Part shown: in pieces, positions 24,106 through 32,266 of the stretch
How the letters are laid out: the number at the start of each line of letters is the position of its first letter
Numbering within the stretch: position 1 is the first letter of the stretch
Virus record (IMG/VR): IMGVR_UViG_3300017707_001300
Location: 1 to 40,153 of that record
Source of the DNA: a virus
Taxonomy: Duplodnaviria; Caudoviricetes
Direction: 5' to 3' (one strand)
DNA length: 40,153 bases
Program-made: the position numbers and the translations under genes
Notes under the pieces: model-generated
What the model was told of the DNA's origin: nothing
Databases searched by the model: none
The model's input: only the letters and a program-made list of their open reading frames with translations

Positions 24106-25545
24106 TTAGAAATAGGTTGTAACAACGATAATGCCTGCGCCTCCATTGCCTCCAGCTCCACTGTTTCCAACTCCATCTAAAGCGGCTCCTCCGCCTCCTC
24201 CGCCTCCTCCATAGTTTCCGCCATTTCCGCCATTTCCGCCATTAACAGTAGTCGATGATGCTCCACCACCTCCGCCTCCAGCTCCTAACGGCCAATTTGC
24301 GGTGACAGACACTGCTGATGCTCCAGATCCACCTTGTCCAGTTCCTGCCGCTGCTGCCGGTGCTGATATGAATGATCCTAATGCAATTCCGCCAATTCCC
24401 CCATTTGTTTGCAGTGGAGTTGCTGCAATCCCTCCTCCAGCTCCACCTCCACCAGTTGCTGTGTATGAACTTCCTCCACCTGCGCCAGCTCCAGATCCGC
24501 CAGCTCCTCCATTTGAGCCAACAAACATTGTTCGCTGCAATGTGTTTATTCCACCAGGACCAGATGATGTTGTTGCTGTTCCAGCCGCAAATCCTCCCTG
24601 AGCAAAAACCCATGTTCCAAAAGACGAAGTTCCTCCAGCGGTTCCTGCGTTTCCATTAGTGCTGTTCGCAGTAACTGCCGCGCCTCCAGATCCAGCAGCT
24701 CCAACTGTAACTGTTTCTGTTGCGCTTAAAAGACTTGCATCAATGGTGCGCATTGTAAATCCGCCGCCACCACCGCCACCGCCACCGGAACCAACTGCTC
24801 CACTTGCAGTTTTTCTTCCAGAACCACCACCTCCGCCTGCTCCAATAACGGTAACCTGAACGCTTCTTGCTCCAGCAGGATTGGTCCAAGTGCCGCTTGA
24901 TGTAAACACTTGAATATCAGCAGGCGTTCCACCTCCACCACCAGACACCGGAGTCGTAGATGCAGCAGTGATCTGCCCAAACTGGTTCACAGTCAGAACT
25001 GCAATCTGAGACGAACTGCCGTAGTTCCCGGTAGGAGCTGGGCTCAGAGCAGCCAACGCTACCGTGCTGCTGGCAGACAACGGACCACCACCAGTCAACC
25101 CAGAACCTGCGCTGATGCTGATCGCAGACAACTGCTGTGTGGTCAACGCCACAACCTGAGCTGTGTTCGTCAGGCTGGAAATCTGTGAGGTCGTAGCAAA
25201 CGAAGACTCCTGAGAAGTTGCAATCGCTCCAATGCTGGCAGGAGTAATAGCTGCAATCTGAGCAGTGGTTGCAAACGAAGACTCTTGGCTAGTCGCTATT
25301 GCTCCAATGCTTTGGGGCGTGATAGCCGCCAGTTGAGACGTGGTTGCAAAGCTGGATTGTTGGCTGGTTGCAATCGCACCAATGGATGCCGGAGTGATAG
25401 CCGCAACTTGAGCCGTTGTGGCAAGTCCAGCAACAACAAGAGACTGAGCAGCAGACTTTGTATCGCCACCTTGGTTGAATACAAAGATGTCATTCGCATT
25501 GACTTGTGTCGCCGCTGGAAGTTGAGAGACTTTTATTTCGCCCAT
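24106..25545 (-). CDS. Glycine-rich fibre protein 2
   Basis: N-terminal KVSQLP, 25-aa tandem repeats, FTSSGTWT...GAGGGGG domain, ends GIIVVTTYF. Confidence 0.75.
   Translation of the reverse strand: MGEIKVSQLPAATQVNANDIFVFNQGGDTKSAAQSLVVAGLATTAQVAAITPASIGAIATSQQSSFATTSQLAAITPQSIGAIATSQESSFATTAQIAAITPASIGAIATSQESSFATTSQISSLTNTAQVVALTTQQLSAISISAGSGLTGGGPLSASSTVALAALSPAPTGNYGSSSQIAVLTVNQFGQITAASTTPVSGGGGGTPADIQVFTSSGTWTNPAGARSVQVTVIGAGGGGGSGRKTASGAVGSGGGGGGGGGFTMRTIDASLLSATETVTVGAAGSGGAAVTANSTNGNAGTAGGTSSFGTWVFAQGGFAAGTATTSSGPGGINTLQRTMFVGSNGGAGGSGAGAGGGSSYTATGGGGAGGGIAATPLQTNGGIGGIALGSFISAPAAAAGTGQGGSGASAVSVTANWPLGAGGGGGGASSTTVNGGNGGNGGNYGGGGGGGGAALDGVGNSGAGGNGGAGIIVVTTYF
25183..25422 (-). repeat. 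75-nt (25-aa) tandem repeat, about 3.2 copies, in fibre 2
   Basis: ATTxQxAAITPxSIGAIATSQxSSF three times plus a partial copy. Confidence 0.85.
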
Positions 25546-25565
25546 AATTAATCGGTTGCCTTAAA

Positions 25566-27905
25566 CTAGAAGTAAGTCGTGATAATTGCGTAGCCTGCTC
25601 CCCCGGTTCCACCTGCTCCAGATTGCGCTCCGGTTTCTGTTGCTCCTCCGCCTCCTCCGCCTCCAGCAGGGAATCCCCCAGCACCTCCGTCGCCTCCAGA
25701 AACTGCTGCTCCAGCCGCTCCACCTCCACCACCAGATCCAGCAGCAAATAGTCCAGCAACAGGAATTGAAATTCCATTTCCTCCAGAAACTCCATCTCCA
25801 ATTCCACCGGTTCCTCCAGAAAAATTTAAAATACGACTTAATCCACCGTTTGCTCCAGAAGATGGAACTGATGAAGATCCCGGAAGTCCGCCACCACCAC
25901 CTCCCCCAACGCCTCCTGGCAAAAATACTATAGTACTTGAACTTGGAGCGCCTTGTGATCCAATTCCTCCACCGCCATTTGCAGGCCCACCAGAATTTGC
26001 CATTTGATATCCAGTTCCACCAGATATTATAGTGCCACCAGCTCCTCCGATTACTTGCAAAGAAGCAAACTGAGTGGCTCCTCCATTAACTCCACTACCT
26101 CCAGATGTATTATTAGTGGTAACTGCGCTTCCACCATTTCCACCCGCTCCAATAGTAACTGTTTCTGTTGCGTTTAATGCGGATGCAGGAATTGTTGCAA
26201 CAAACCATCCTCCGCCGCCACCACCACTTCCAGCTCGTCGAGCGGAAGCCTGACTTGAGTTTTTGCTTCCACTCGCCCCACCACCTCCACCACCAAACAT
26301 TTGCACATTAACGCTTCTTGCTCCAGCGGGCTTGGTCCATGTTCCGCTTGAAGTAAATATTTGAACATCAGCAGATCCGCCGCCTCCTCCGCCTGAAACT
26401 GGAGTAGTACTAGCAGCAGTTAATCTGCCTTTAGAATCAACCGTAAGAACAGGTATAGATGTTGAATCTCCATACGTTCCCGGCGTGACTCCGCTTGCGG
26501 AAAGTTGTGTGGTAGCAAGTGAGCCAGAGGTGATGTTGCTGGCGTTGGTTGTGTCTGTTATCGCAGACGCTGCCAGCCCAGAAATTTGAGAGGTGGAAAC
26601 CGAGGAAAGTTCAATCCCAATGTCTCCAGAAAATGTCACTGGAGAGTTGGTGATTGCCAAAGTGTTGGATGTCACTCCAACGCTTGTAACTGTTCCACCA
26701 GCAGATCCAGAAATCCCAACATTGGTTGCGCTCGTAACACGACCTTTAGAATCAACCGTAATTCTGGCTACAGAAGAAGAGCTTCCATAAGTTCCAGCAG
26801 ACACTCCGCTTGCAGAAAGCGTTGCAGGTTGAGATCCACTTCCAGATGGCGTCGTTACGTCTCCAGTGAGCTGCGTGATCCCAAGTGCTGGAATTGCCGC
26901 AGTAGACATGGCCGTGATTCGGCCCTTTGCGTCTGCTGTGATGACTGGAATCGCACTGGAAGATCCAACTGTTCCAGCAACAACACCAGAGTTGGAGAGA
27001 GTCGTAACCGAGCTTCCCTGTGGACTTGTGACATCCCCAATCAACGCAGGGAGTCTGTCCACATCAAGAATACCACTTGTAATATTTACGGCATTCGTTG
27101 TGTCAATCGTAGCAGAGGGAGCCAAACCAAGGTTTGTCCTTGCTCCAGCAGCCGTGTTTGCTCCCGTTCCACCATTTGCCAAGGCAACTACTCCGGTAAC
27201 ATTCGATGCTGTCCCGGTAGTGTTTTGGTTCAGTGTTGGAACGTCTGAAGCCTGAATCTGCGACATCGTTACATTCGCAGAGTCGCCTCGAAGAAACCGT
27301 CCACTCGCAACACTTCCAGCCAAGGCATTCATCGCGCCTTGACGAGTCGTTGCTCCAGTCCCGCCATTTGCAACCGCAAGAGTTCCAGCCGCAGTAATCG
27401 TTCCTGAGGTCGTTACTGGTCCACCAGAGAAGGTCAGCCCGGTTGTTCCCCCAGATACATTAACGCTTGAGACAGTGCTTTGAGCAGCAACTCCAGTCAC
27501 GTTTGTGACCTGTCCCTTGGCGTTTACCGTGATCTGAGGAATGGCAGTAGCAGATCCATACGTCCCGGCAGGAGACGGAGACAGGGGAGCAATACTTGGG
27601 TTTGGATACGTCCCAGACAAGTCACCACCAGCAGATCCAGTGGGGGTGCGAGAATTGCTCAGACGAGCATCATTGCCTTCACAGGCAGTTCCAGCCGTGC
27701 TTCCAAGCTGAAGTGCGCCAGGGGCACTAGAAGTGCCAACAGGAAGACGATCAGACGAAATGGTTCCGCTCGTCAATTCCGAGGCGTTGGTTGTCTTAAT
27801 GAGAGCTGAGACAACCTTCTTGGTCGTGCCTCCCTGCACAATGGGCACAACATCCGGCGGATTCGCAACGCTTGCTGCTGGAAGATCTGTAATGCGTGTT
27901 CCCAT
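25566..27905 (-). CDS. Glycine-rich fibre protein 1
   Basis: N-terminal RITDLP, repeated GTYGS...ITVDxKGRxT units, FTSSGTWTKP Gly-rich tip, ends AIITTYF. Confidence 0.78.
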   Translation of the reverse strand: MGTRITDLPAASVANPPDVVPIVQGGTTKKVVSALIKTTNASELTSGTISSDRLPVGTSSAPGALQLGSTAGTACEGNDARLSNSRTPTGSAGGDLSGTYPNPSIAPLSPSPAGTYGSATAIPQITVNAKGQVTNVTGVAAQSTVSSVNVSGGTTGLTFSGGPVTTSGTITAAGTLAVANGGTGATTRQGAMNALAGSVASGRFLRGDSANVTMSQIQASDVPTLNQNTTGTASNVTGVVALANGGTGANTAAGARTNLGLAPSATIDTTNAVNITSGILDVDRLPALIGDVTSPQGSSVTTLSNSGVVAGTVGSSSAIPVITADAKGRITAMSTAAIPALGITQLTGDVTTPSGSGSQPATLSASGVSAGTYGSSSSVARITVDSKGRVTSATNVGISGSAGGTVTSVGVTSNTLAITNSPVTFSGDIGIELSSVSTSQISGLAASAITDTTNASNITSGSLATTQLSASGVTPGTYGDSTSIPVLTVDSKGRLTAASTTPVSGGGGGGSADVQIFTSSGTWTKPAGARSVNVQMFGGGGGGASGSKNSSQASARRAGSGGGGGGWFVATIPASALNATETVTIGAGGNGGSAVTTNNTSGGSGVNGGATQFASLQVIGGAGGTIISGGTGYQMANSGGPANGGGGIGSQGAPSSSTIVFLPGGVGGGGGGGLPGSSSVPSSGANGGLSRILNFSGGTGGIGDGVSGGNGISIPVAGLFAAGSGGGGGAAGAAVSGGDGGAGGFPAGGGGGGGATETGAQSGAGGTGGAGYAIITTYF

Positions 27906-27907
27906 TG

Positions 27908-28114
27908 TTAGCCAGTCGTTATACGGTCACTCGCCTCAGTATTAAGAAAGTCACCAGCTTCCGTCAATATTTGATATGTGGTCGTAGGCGAACTTGGATG
28001 CGCTTGCTTTGGAAACCTGAAGGTCACCTTTGAGCCTTGCACGCTTCCTTTTGCAACCAGCTTTACACCGGGAGCTGCGACAGTACCATTTCGGCGTATG
28101 ATGAACTTGTTCAT
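27908..28114 (-). CDS. Small virion-associated hypothetical protein
   Basis: 68 aa; ILTEAGDFLNTE motif; packed between the adaptor and fibre genes. Confidence 0.6.
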   Translation of the reverse strand: MNKFIIRRNGTVAAPGVKLVAKGSVQGSKVTFRFPKQAHPSSPTTTYQILTEAGDFLNTEASDRITTG

Positions 28115-28115
28115 C

Positions 28116-29324
28116 TTAGTAGGTGTAAGCCATGTTCAGCTTCTGGATTTGTCCTTGCTGTCTGATTAAGACATCGATCTGTTGCTGCACAGCAACCTCT
28201 GCAAGCTGATCAAAGACAACCCCTTCATCGGTCCTGCCTTCAGACTTCAGAAAGTCCGCAGCAACTCCATTGACCAAAAAGTCTTTGAACCTGTAAGGGA
28301 TGCTTACCTGTTGCCAATAGACGTTTTGAGGTTCTGCTGGAGCAACCGAGTTAGAGCTACTCAAAGCCGTCCAAAAGTTTGCTCGAGTCCCTTTGGTTGC
28401 AGAAGTTGGATTGTAGTTGGAAGACTCCTGCAAGATGTCGTAGTACACCTGTGAGCCTGGAGAGTAGGTCGTAGATATTGCGTACTTCGATCCGTACAGC
28501 CGGGGCGCATCCAAGCGATACTGAATGAACTTCTCACCATCCTCCAAGAAACGAAGGTAGGTTATGTCTCCGACAGTTGTGTTGTTGGGGACCGAGATCA
28601 AGTCCTCCACAATAAAGTCAACCTGTACAGCTCTTGTGGTGACACGCGGATCACGTTCCCAAGCAGCCAAGCCTTGCAAAGATCCAGTTGGCATCTGAAC
28701 CAATCGCTGCAAGTTTCCGGTAAAAATAACCGTTGTAGTCAACTTGCCATTCGGACCTTCGTATGTGGGAAAGTTTACTGTAGATCCATCTGGAATCTTG
28801 ATGGAAAAGTGCGTGATGTACTCACCAATGCTGTCTGTGCTGGATTCGTAAGTAAACGAATGTCTTTCAGACGCAACGCTTATTGTCTGACCTTCGTATG
28901 TGTAGTAAAATGGATTGCTGAATCCGACATACGTCTGATCAATGGTTCCCCTCCGGTAGGCATCAGCCGTGAAGTCAGCCAAGTAAATGCGCGGAAAGTT
29001 CAGATCCAAGCCAATCCTTAGGTCAACAAGGTTGTCTTCACTCTGGGTTAGAATCGGAACATTGTTCTCCGTGAGCAACTCGCTCCCATTCTCCAAAAGA
29101 AGGGGCGGAGGAGGAATGATTTCTACCGTGTTGATTGGGTTGCCAGGAAAAGTGCGGATGAACCTGTTGGCATCCGGCCATTCTTCACGGTCCCAGATTG
29201 TTCCGATGCGCCGGCTGGCAAAGTCTCGGATCGTATTGAAGCTCTTGTCGTTCAGCGTCGAGCGATCCAAGCCGATTAACTGGCAGACCTCGGCAAGGAT
29301 GTCACTGAATGCAACTGTCTTCAT
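28116..29324 (-). CDS. Putative head-tail adaptor / tail tubular protein with inserted domains
   Basis: Helical N-terminus (...W...WP) and C-terminal IPYRFKDFLVNGVAADFL helix typical of adaptors; position after the capsid gene. Confidence 0.55.
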   Translation of the reverse strand: MKTVAFSDILAEVCQLIGLDRSTLNDKSFNTIRDFASRRIGTIWDREEWPDANRFIRTFPGNPINTVEIIPPPPLLLENGSELLTENNVPILTQSEDNLVDLRIGLDLNFPRIYLADFTADAYRRGTIDQTYVGFSNPFYYTYEGQTISVASERHSFTYESSTDSIGEYITHFSIKIPDGSTVNFPTYEGPNGKLTTTVIFTGNLQRLVQMPTGSLQGLAAWERDPRVTTRAVQVDFIVEDLISVPNNTTVGDITYLRFLEDGEKFIQYRLDAPRLYGSKYAISTTYSPGSQVYYDILQESSNYNPTSATKGTRANFWTALSSSNSVAPAEPQNVYWQQVSIPYRFKDFLVNGVAADFLKSEGRTDEGVVFDQLAEVAVQQQIDVLIRQQGQIQKLNMAYTY

Positions 29325-29668
29325 GCGTAGACTTTATGGAAACGCGAATTGGTGGGAGGAACCCATCCTATACTGATCTCCTTTGTTCCGCCAGAATTAA
29401 CTCTGCACTGCGGATTGTCACGGAAGAACTCGTGTATGAACTTCTTGTCGTCCCAGCACTGATATCCCAGTTTCTGTCCCCAGAAATGATAGGCATCCGG
29501 GGGAATGCTGCCGATCTTCTGACCAAGACCATCAATCGAGCGATGGCGCATCTTGGCATACTTGGCAGCTTGCTTGGATTGGATCTCAGCGTTTACACGC
29601 TTTATCTGCCAGCCACGCCGAAACTCGGCTTCTAGCTGTGGAACAAGACTAGGATCGACGTTGAGCAT
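29321..29668 (-). CDS. Conserved hypothetical protein following the capsid gene
   Basis: GLGQKIGSIP..YHFW...W.D..F...F.RDNP pattern. Confidence 0.7.
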   Translation of the reverse strand: MLNVDPSLVPQLEAEFRRGWQIKRVNAEIQSKQAAKYAKMRHRSIDGLGQKIGSIPPDAYHFWGQKLGYQCWDDKKFIHEFFRDNPQCRVNSGGTKEISIGWVPPTNSRFHKVYA

Positions 29669-29676
29669 AAAAAAGG

Positions 29677-29860
29677 GCTGTCTCTCCAGCAGTCACACCA
29701 CTGCGGCGACCGAGAGGTCCCGGTCCGTGCACCCCGGCATGGAGCCAGAGGCAGGTGTCGCAATAAGCGACCCGTCGGTTTGAGGATGCTTTCGCACTAG
29801 CCTTGACGGGTTCTATGGTGTCGGTCTCTCCCGACTGTCACACCACTGAGCAGGTGTCGC
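29677..29860 (-). ncRNA. Candidate structured RNA with two copies of a core motif
   Basis: GCGACACCUGC...CAGUGGUGUGAC-stem-GAGAGA-stem occurs twice with compensatory stems; GAAA tetraloop hairpin between the copies. Confidence 0.55.
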
Positions 29861-29868
29861 TAGGGAGA

Positions 29869-30921
29869 CTAGCTCGAGAAGTCGAACTTGCCAAGGCCGA
29901 GCGGATTGCCGACCACAAGGCCGCAAACAGCTTCAACCACACGGGCAGGACCACCACCATAGTCAGGCAGCGATTGCACCGCAGCGACGTTACCACCGTA
30001 ACGCACTTCGATCAGGTCCATGTTCAGGACCAGACCTTTGTACGGGGTGGACGTCCAGCTTCCGCTAGCAATCGTTCCGATGAACACGGAAGGATGCAGC
30101 TTGACCGTTCCGAAGTCCCCTTGGAACACGTCCACGGACTGGATGTAGGTTTCAGCCGCAGCATCACGCTGGAAGGTCTGCACCTTGGTCGCACCAGCAG
30201 CCAACACACCAGACGTGCTGGTCGTGGTCAACTGGGTCGTTCCAAGCAATGCGGTGAACGCACGCTTGAGGTCCGTTCCGACAATGGCGTCGAAGGACTT
30301 GTACTGCCCCGTCTGATCGTAGATCGACTTGAGCAAGCCCTGCACAGCCGTGTCAGTCAACCCGCTGGAGGCTCCAGTCAGGATGCTGTTGGAAGGCGTG
30401 CGGAACTGCGAGGGAATGTCTCCGGGCGTAGCCGTTCCAGTCCCAGCCGTGGAAATCCACGTCTGAATCCCGGCTGTCAGATACGGCACAGATCCATTGT
30501 CCTGCTGAGCAGTTTGGTTGGAGCAAAGCGCAACTTCGATGGAACGCTTGGCTTGGAGGATCGACTTGCTGACGTTGTACGCCAGTTCGTCACGAACTCC
30601 AGCAACCTGGGCGATGTCTTGCGTGAGCTTGGACACACGCACGGCAGGCATACGAAACACCTGAGCGTAGTTGGCCAATTCCGCACGATAGCCCACATCC
30701 CAGTTGGTGTAGCTGCTGACGTCCGTGCCGTCAACGGTTCCACCCACTTGAGGAGCGGGGTTGCTGTCAGCCTGCCAGCGGAAATACATATTTCCGGGCT
30801 TGCTGCCTTTACGCGCCATCGACGTGAAGGGAGTGTCCTTCGCGTCAACGAGCGCAATCATGTCCATGAGGTCTTCGCGTTTACCGCGACCAGAGAGGTT
30901 AGGTTCAGTTAAGGCTGCCAT
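29869..30921 (-). CDS. Major capsid protein (DUF5309/SU10-like)
   Basis: REDLxDxI...DTPFxS...WQxD...NYxQxF...KRxIE; 350 aa; follows the scaffold gene. Confidence 0.88.
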   Translation of the reverse strand: MAALTEPNLSGRGKREDLMDMIALVDAKDTPFTSMARKGSKPGNMYFRWQADSNPAPQVGGTVDGTDVSSYTNWDVGYRAELANYAQVFRMPAVRVSKLTQDIAQVAGVRDELAYNVSKSILQAKRSIEVALCSNQTAQQDNGSVPYLTAGIQTWISTAGTGTATPGDIPSQFRTPSNSILTGASSGLTDTAVQGLLKSIYDQTGQYKSFDAIVGTDLKRAFTALLGTTQLTTTSTSGVLAAGATKVQTFQRDAAAETYIQSVDVFQGDFGTVKLHPSVFIGTIASGSWTSTPYKGLVLNMDLIEVRYGGNVAAVQSLPDYGGGPARVVEAVCGLVVGNPLGLGKFDFSS

Positions 30922-30951
30922 AAGAATAGGTTGGTTGGTTGGTTGTAGGGT

Positions 30952-31947
30952 TTACACAAACCCCTTTGCTTTCAACAGGTTGCTCAATCCATCTCGATTG
31001 GAAGTGTCTTGCATGAACGCTTTACTCGCTCGAGAGCTGTCATCCGGTTTTACCGGAGCAGCTTTTACGCTCGGTTGAGTTGGCGCACGCTTGATTGGAG
31101 CTGCTTGCTTCTGCTTAGAAGAGCGTTCAGTAAACACCTTCATGCCTTCCACAAACATTCCCACCAAGTGCATGTAGTCAGGTCTGCGCTTGATTTCAGG
31201 AAAGTCACGCAACACAGCTTGTGCTGCTTGATACTCCTGAGTCTCAGGCTTGTTGAGCCACGGAAAGTTCTGCACGATCATTGGAGCGGCTGCTTCCTGT
31301 TGCTTCAGGTAGTTAAACCGCTGTGGAAGCTCGACCTCTTTGTTGCGAATTGCCGCACGCTTCATTGCCCTGACTTGTTTGTCGGACAACTCAATCATTT
31401 GACCGTCCGGGCCTTGGATCTCTCCTCCGTCCGGGTTGTCTTCGCACCACATAATCACGTCCACCGCTCTCTTGTACTCCGCCTCAATTTCAGGGATTGA
31501 GTTAAGAGCCTCGATCTCGTTGGACACTGATTGCTGCTTTGTCTGGGTTGCCAGAGACTTACTAGCCTCCAACTCCCGCTGCATTGCAGCCAGCTTTGCT
31601 TCCTGCTCCTGTAGTTTTGCCTGAGCGGCTTTCTTCGCAGCAACTAACTTGTTGATGCGCTTCTGTACGCCCCGACTCAACTGACTACTGTCTTCTTCGT
31701 CGTTGGACTGATCGACTTCGTCTTGGACTTCAGACTCAACCTCCGAGGATTCCTCGGTAGTTGCTTCATCTGTCTCCGACTCGGTCTGCTGCTCCTCTTT
31801 GGCTGGAGCCGCCCCTTCCTCGTCAAGGAAGTTGTTCTTGATGAAGTCTGTTAAACTCCGATCATCGAACTTACCGAGGTTGTCTGCAACGGGTACATTT
31901 GCTCCCTCCTGACTCCCGGAATCAGGCTGTGTGTTTGTGTTTTCCAT
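30952..31947 (-). CDS. Capsid scaffolding protein
   Basis: Acidic N-half, GVQKRINKL coiled coil, position between portal and capsid. Confidence 0.8.
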   Translation of the reverse strand: MENTNTQPDSGSQEGANVPVADNLGKFDDRSLTDFIKNNFLDEEGAAPAKEEQQTESETDEATTEESSEVESEVQDEVDQSNDEEDSSQLSRGVQKRINKLVAAKKAAQAKLQEQEAKLAAMQRELEASKSLATQTKQQSVSNEIEALNSIPEIEAEYKRAVDVIMWCEDNPDGGEIQGPDGQMIELSDKQVRAMKRAAIRNKEVELPQRFNYLKQQEAAAPMIVQNFPWLNKPETQEYQAAQAVLRDFPEIKRRPDYMHLVGMFVEGMKVFTERSSKQKQAAPIKRAPTQPSVKAAPVKPDDSSRASKAFMQDTSNRDGLSNLLKAKGFV

Positions 31948-32010
31948 GCTGGTAAGGCAGCAAGCCCTTGTTGTCTCAAACCAGTAACGCTGGTTAGCCC
32001 GTTGTTGGCG

Positions 32011-32262
32011 TTATGCCAAATCTTCGTCCGGTGTCAAGCCATTAAGTTGTCTGGCATTTTGTCTGAACTGGACAAGTGTCGATAAGACAAGGTTGATGCC
32101 ATCCACCGAACCACACGCATGAATGCGGTCTTCCCCCTTCATTTCCCGGCTGACAGCAGCCATCCACTGCTGTTGCTGCATCGACTCAATTAACTTGATA
32201 ACTTCCGTCCAAGTAATGTTCTTGCCACTAAATCCAAAGGCATTCTTTTGATCTTCAGTCAT
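32011..32262 (-). CDS. Small conserved protein after the portal
   Basis: 83 aa; RIHACGxxD helix pattern typical at this position. Confidence 0.65.
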   Translation of the reverse strand: MTEDQKNAFGFSGKNITWTEVIKLIESMQQQQWMAAVSREMKGEDRIHACGSVDGINLVLSTLVQFRQNARQLNGLTPDEDLA

Positions 32263-32266
32263 GTTA

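Noticed and set aside
24106-27905. Diversity-generating retroelement or invertible tail-fibre switch
   Set aside because: No reverse transcriptase or invertase gene; differences between the paralogous tips are not adenine-specific and the copies are in direct orientation.
29803-30912. 369-aa plus-strand ORF antisense to the capsid gene
   Set aside because: Shadow ORF expected from codon bias of a highly expressed gene; no motifs or translation signals.
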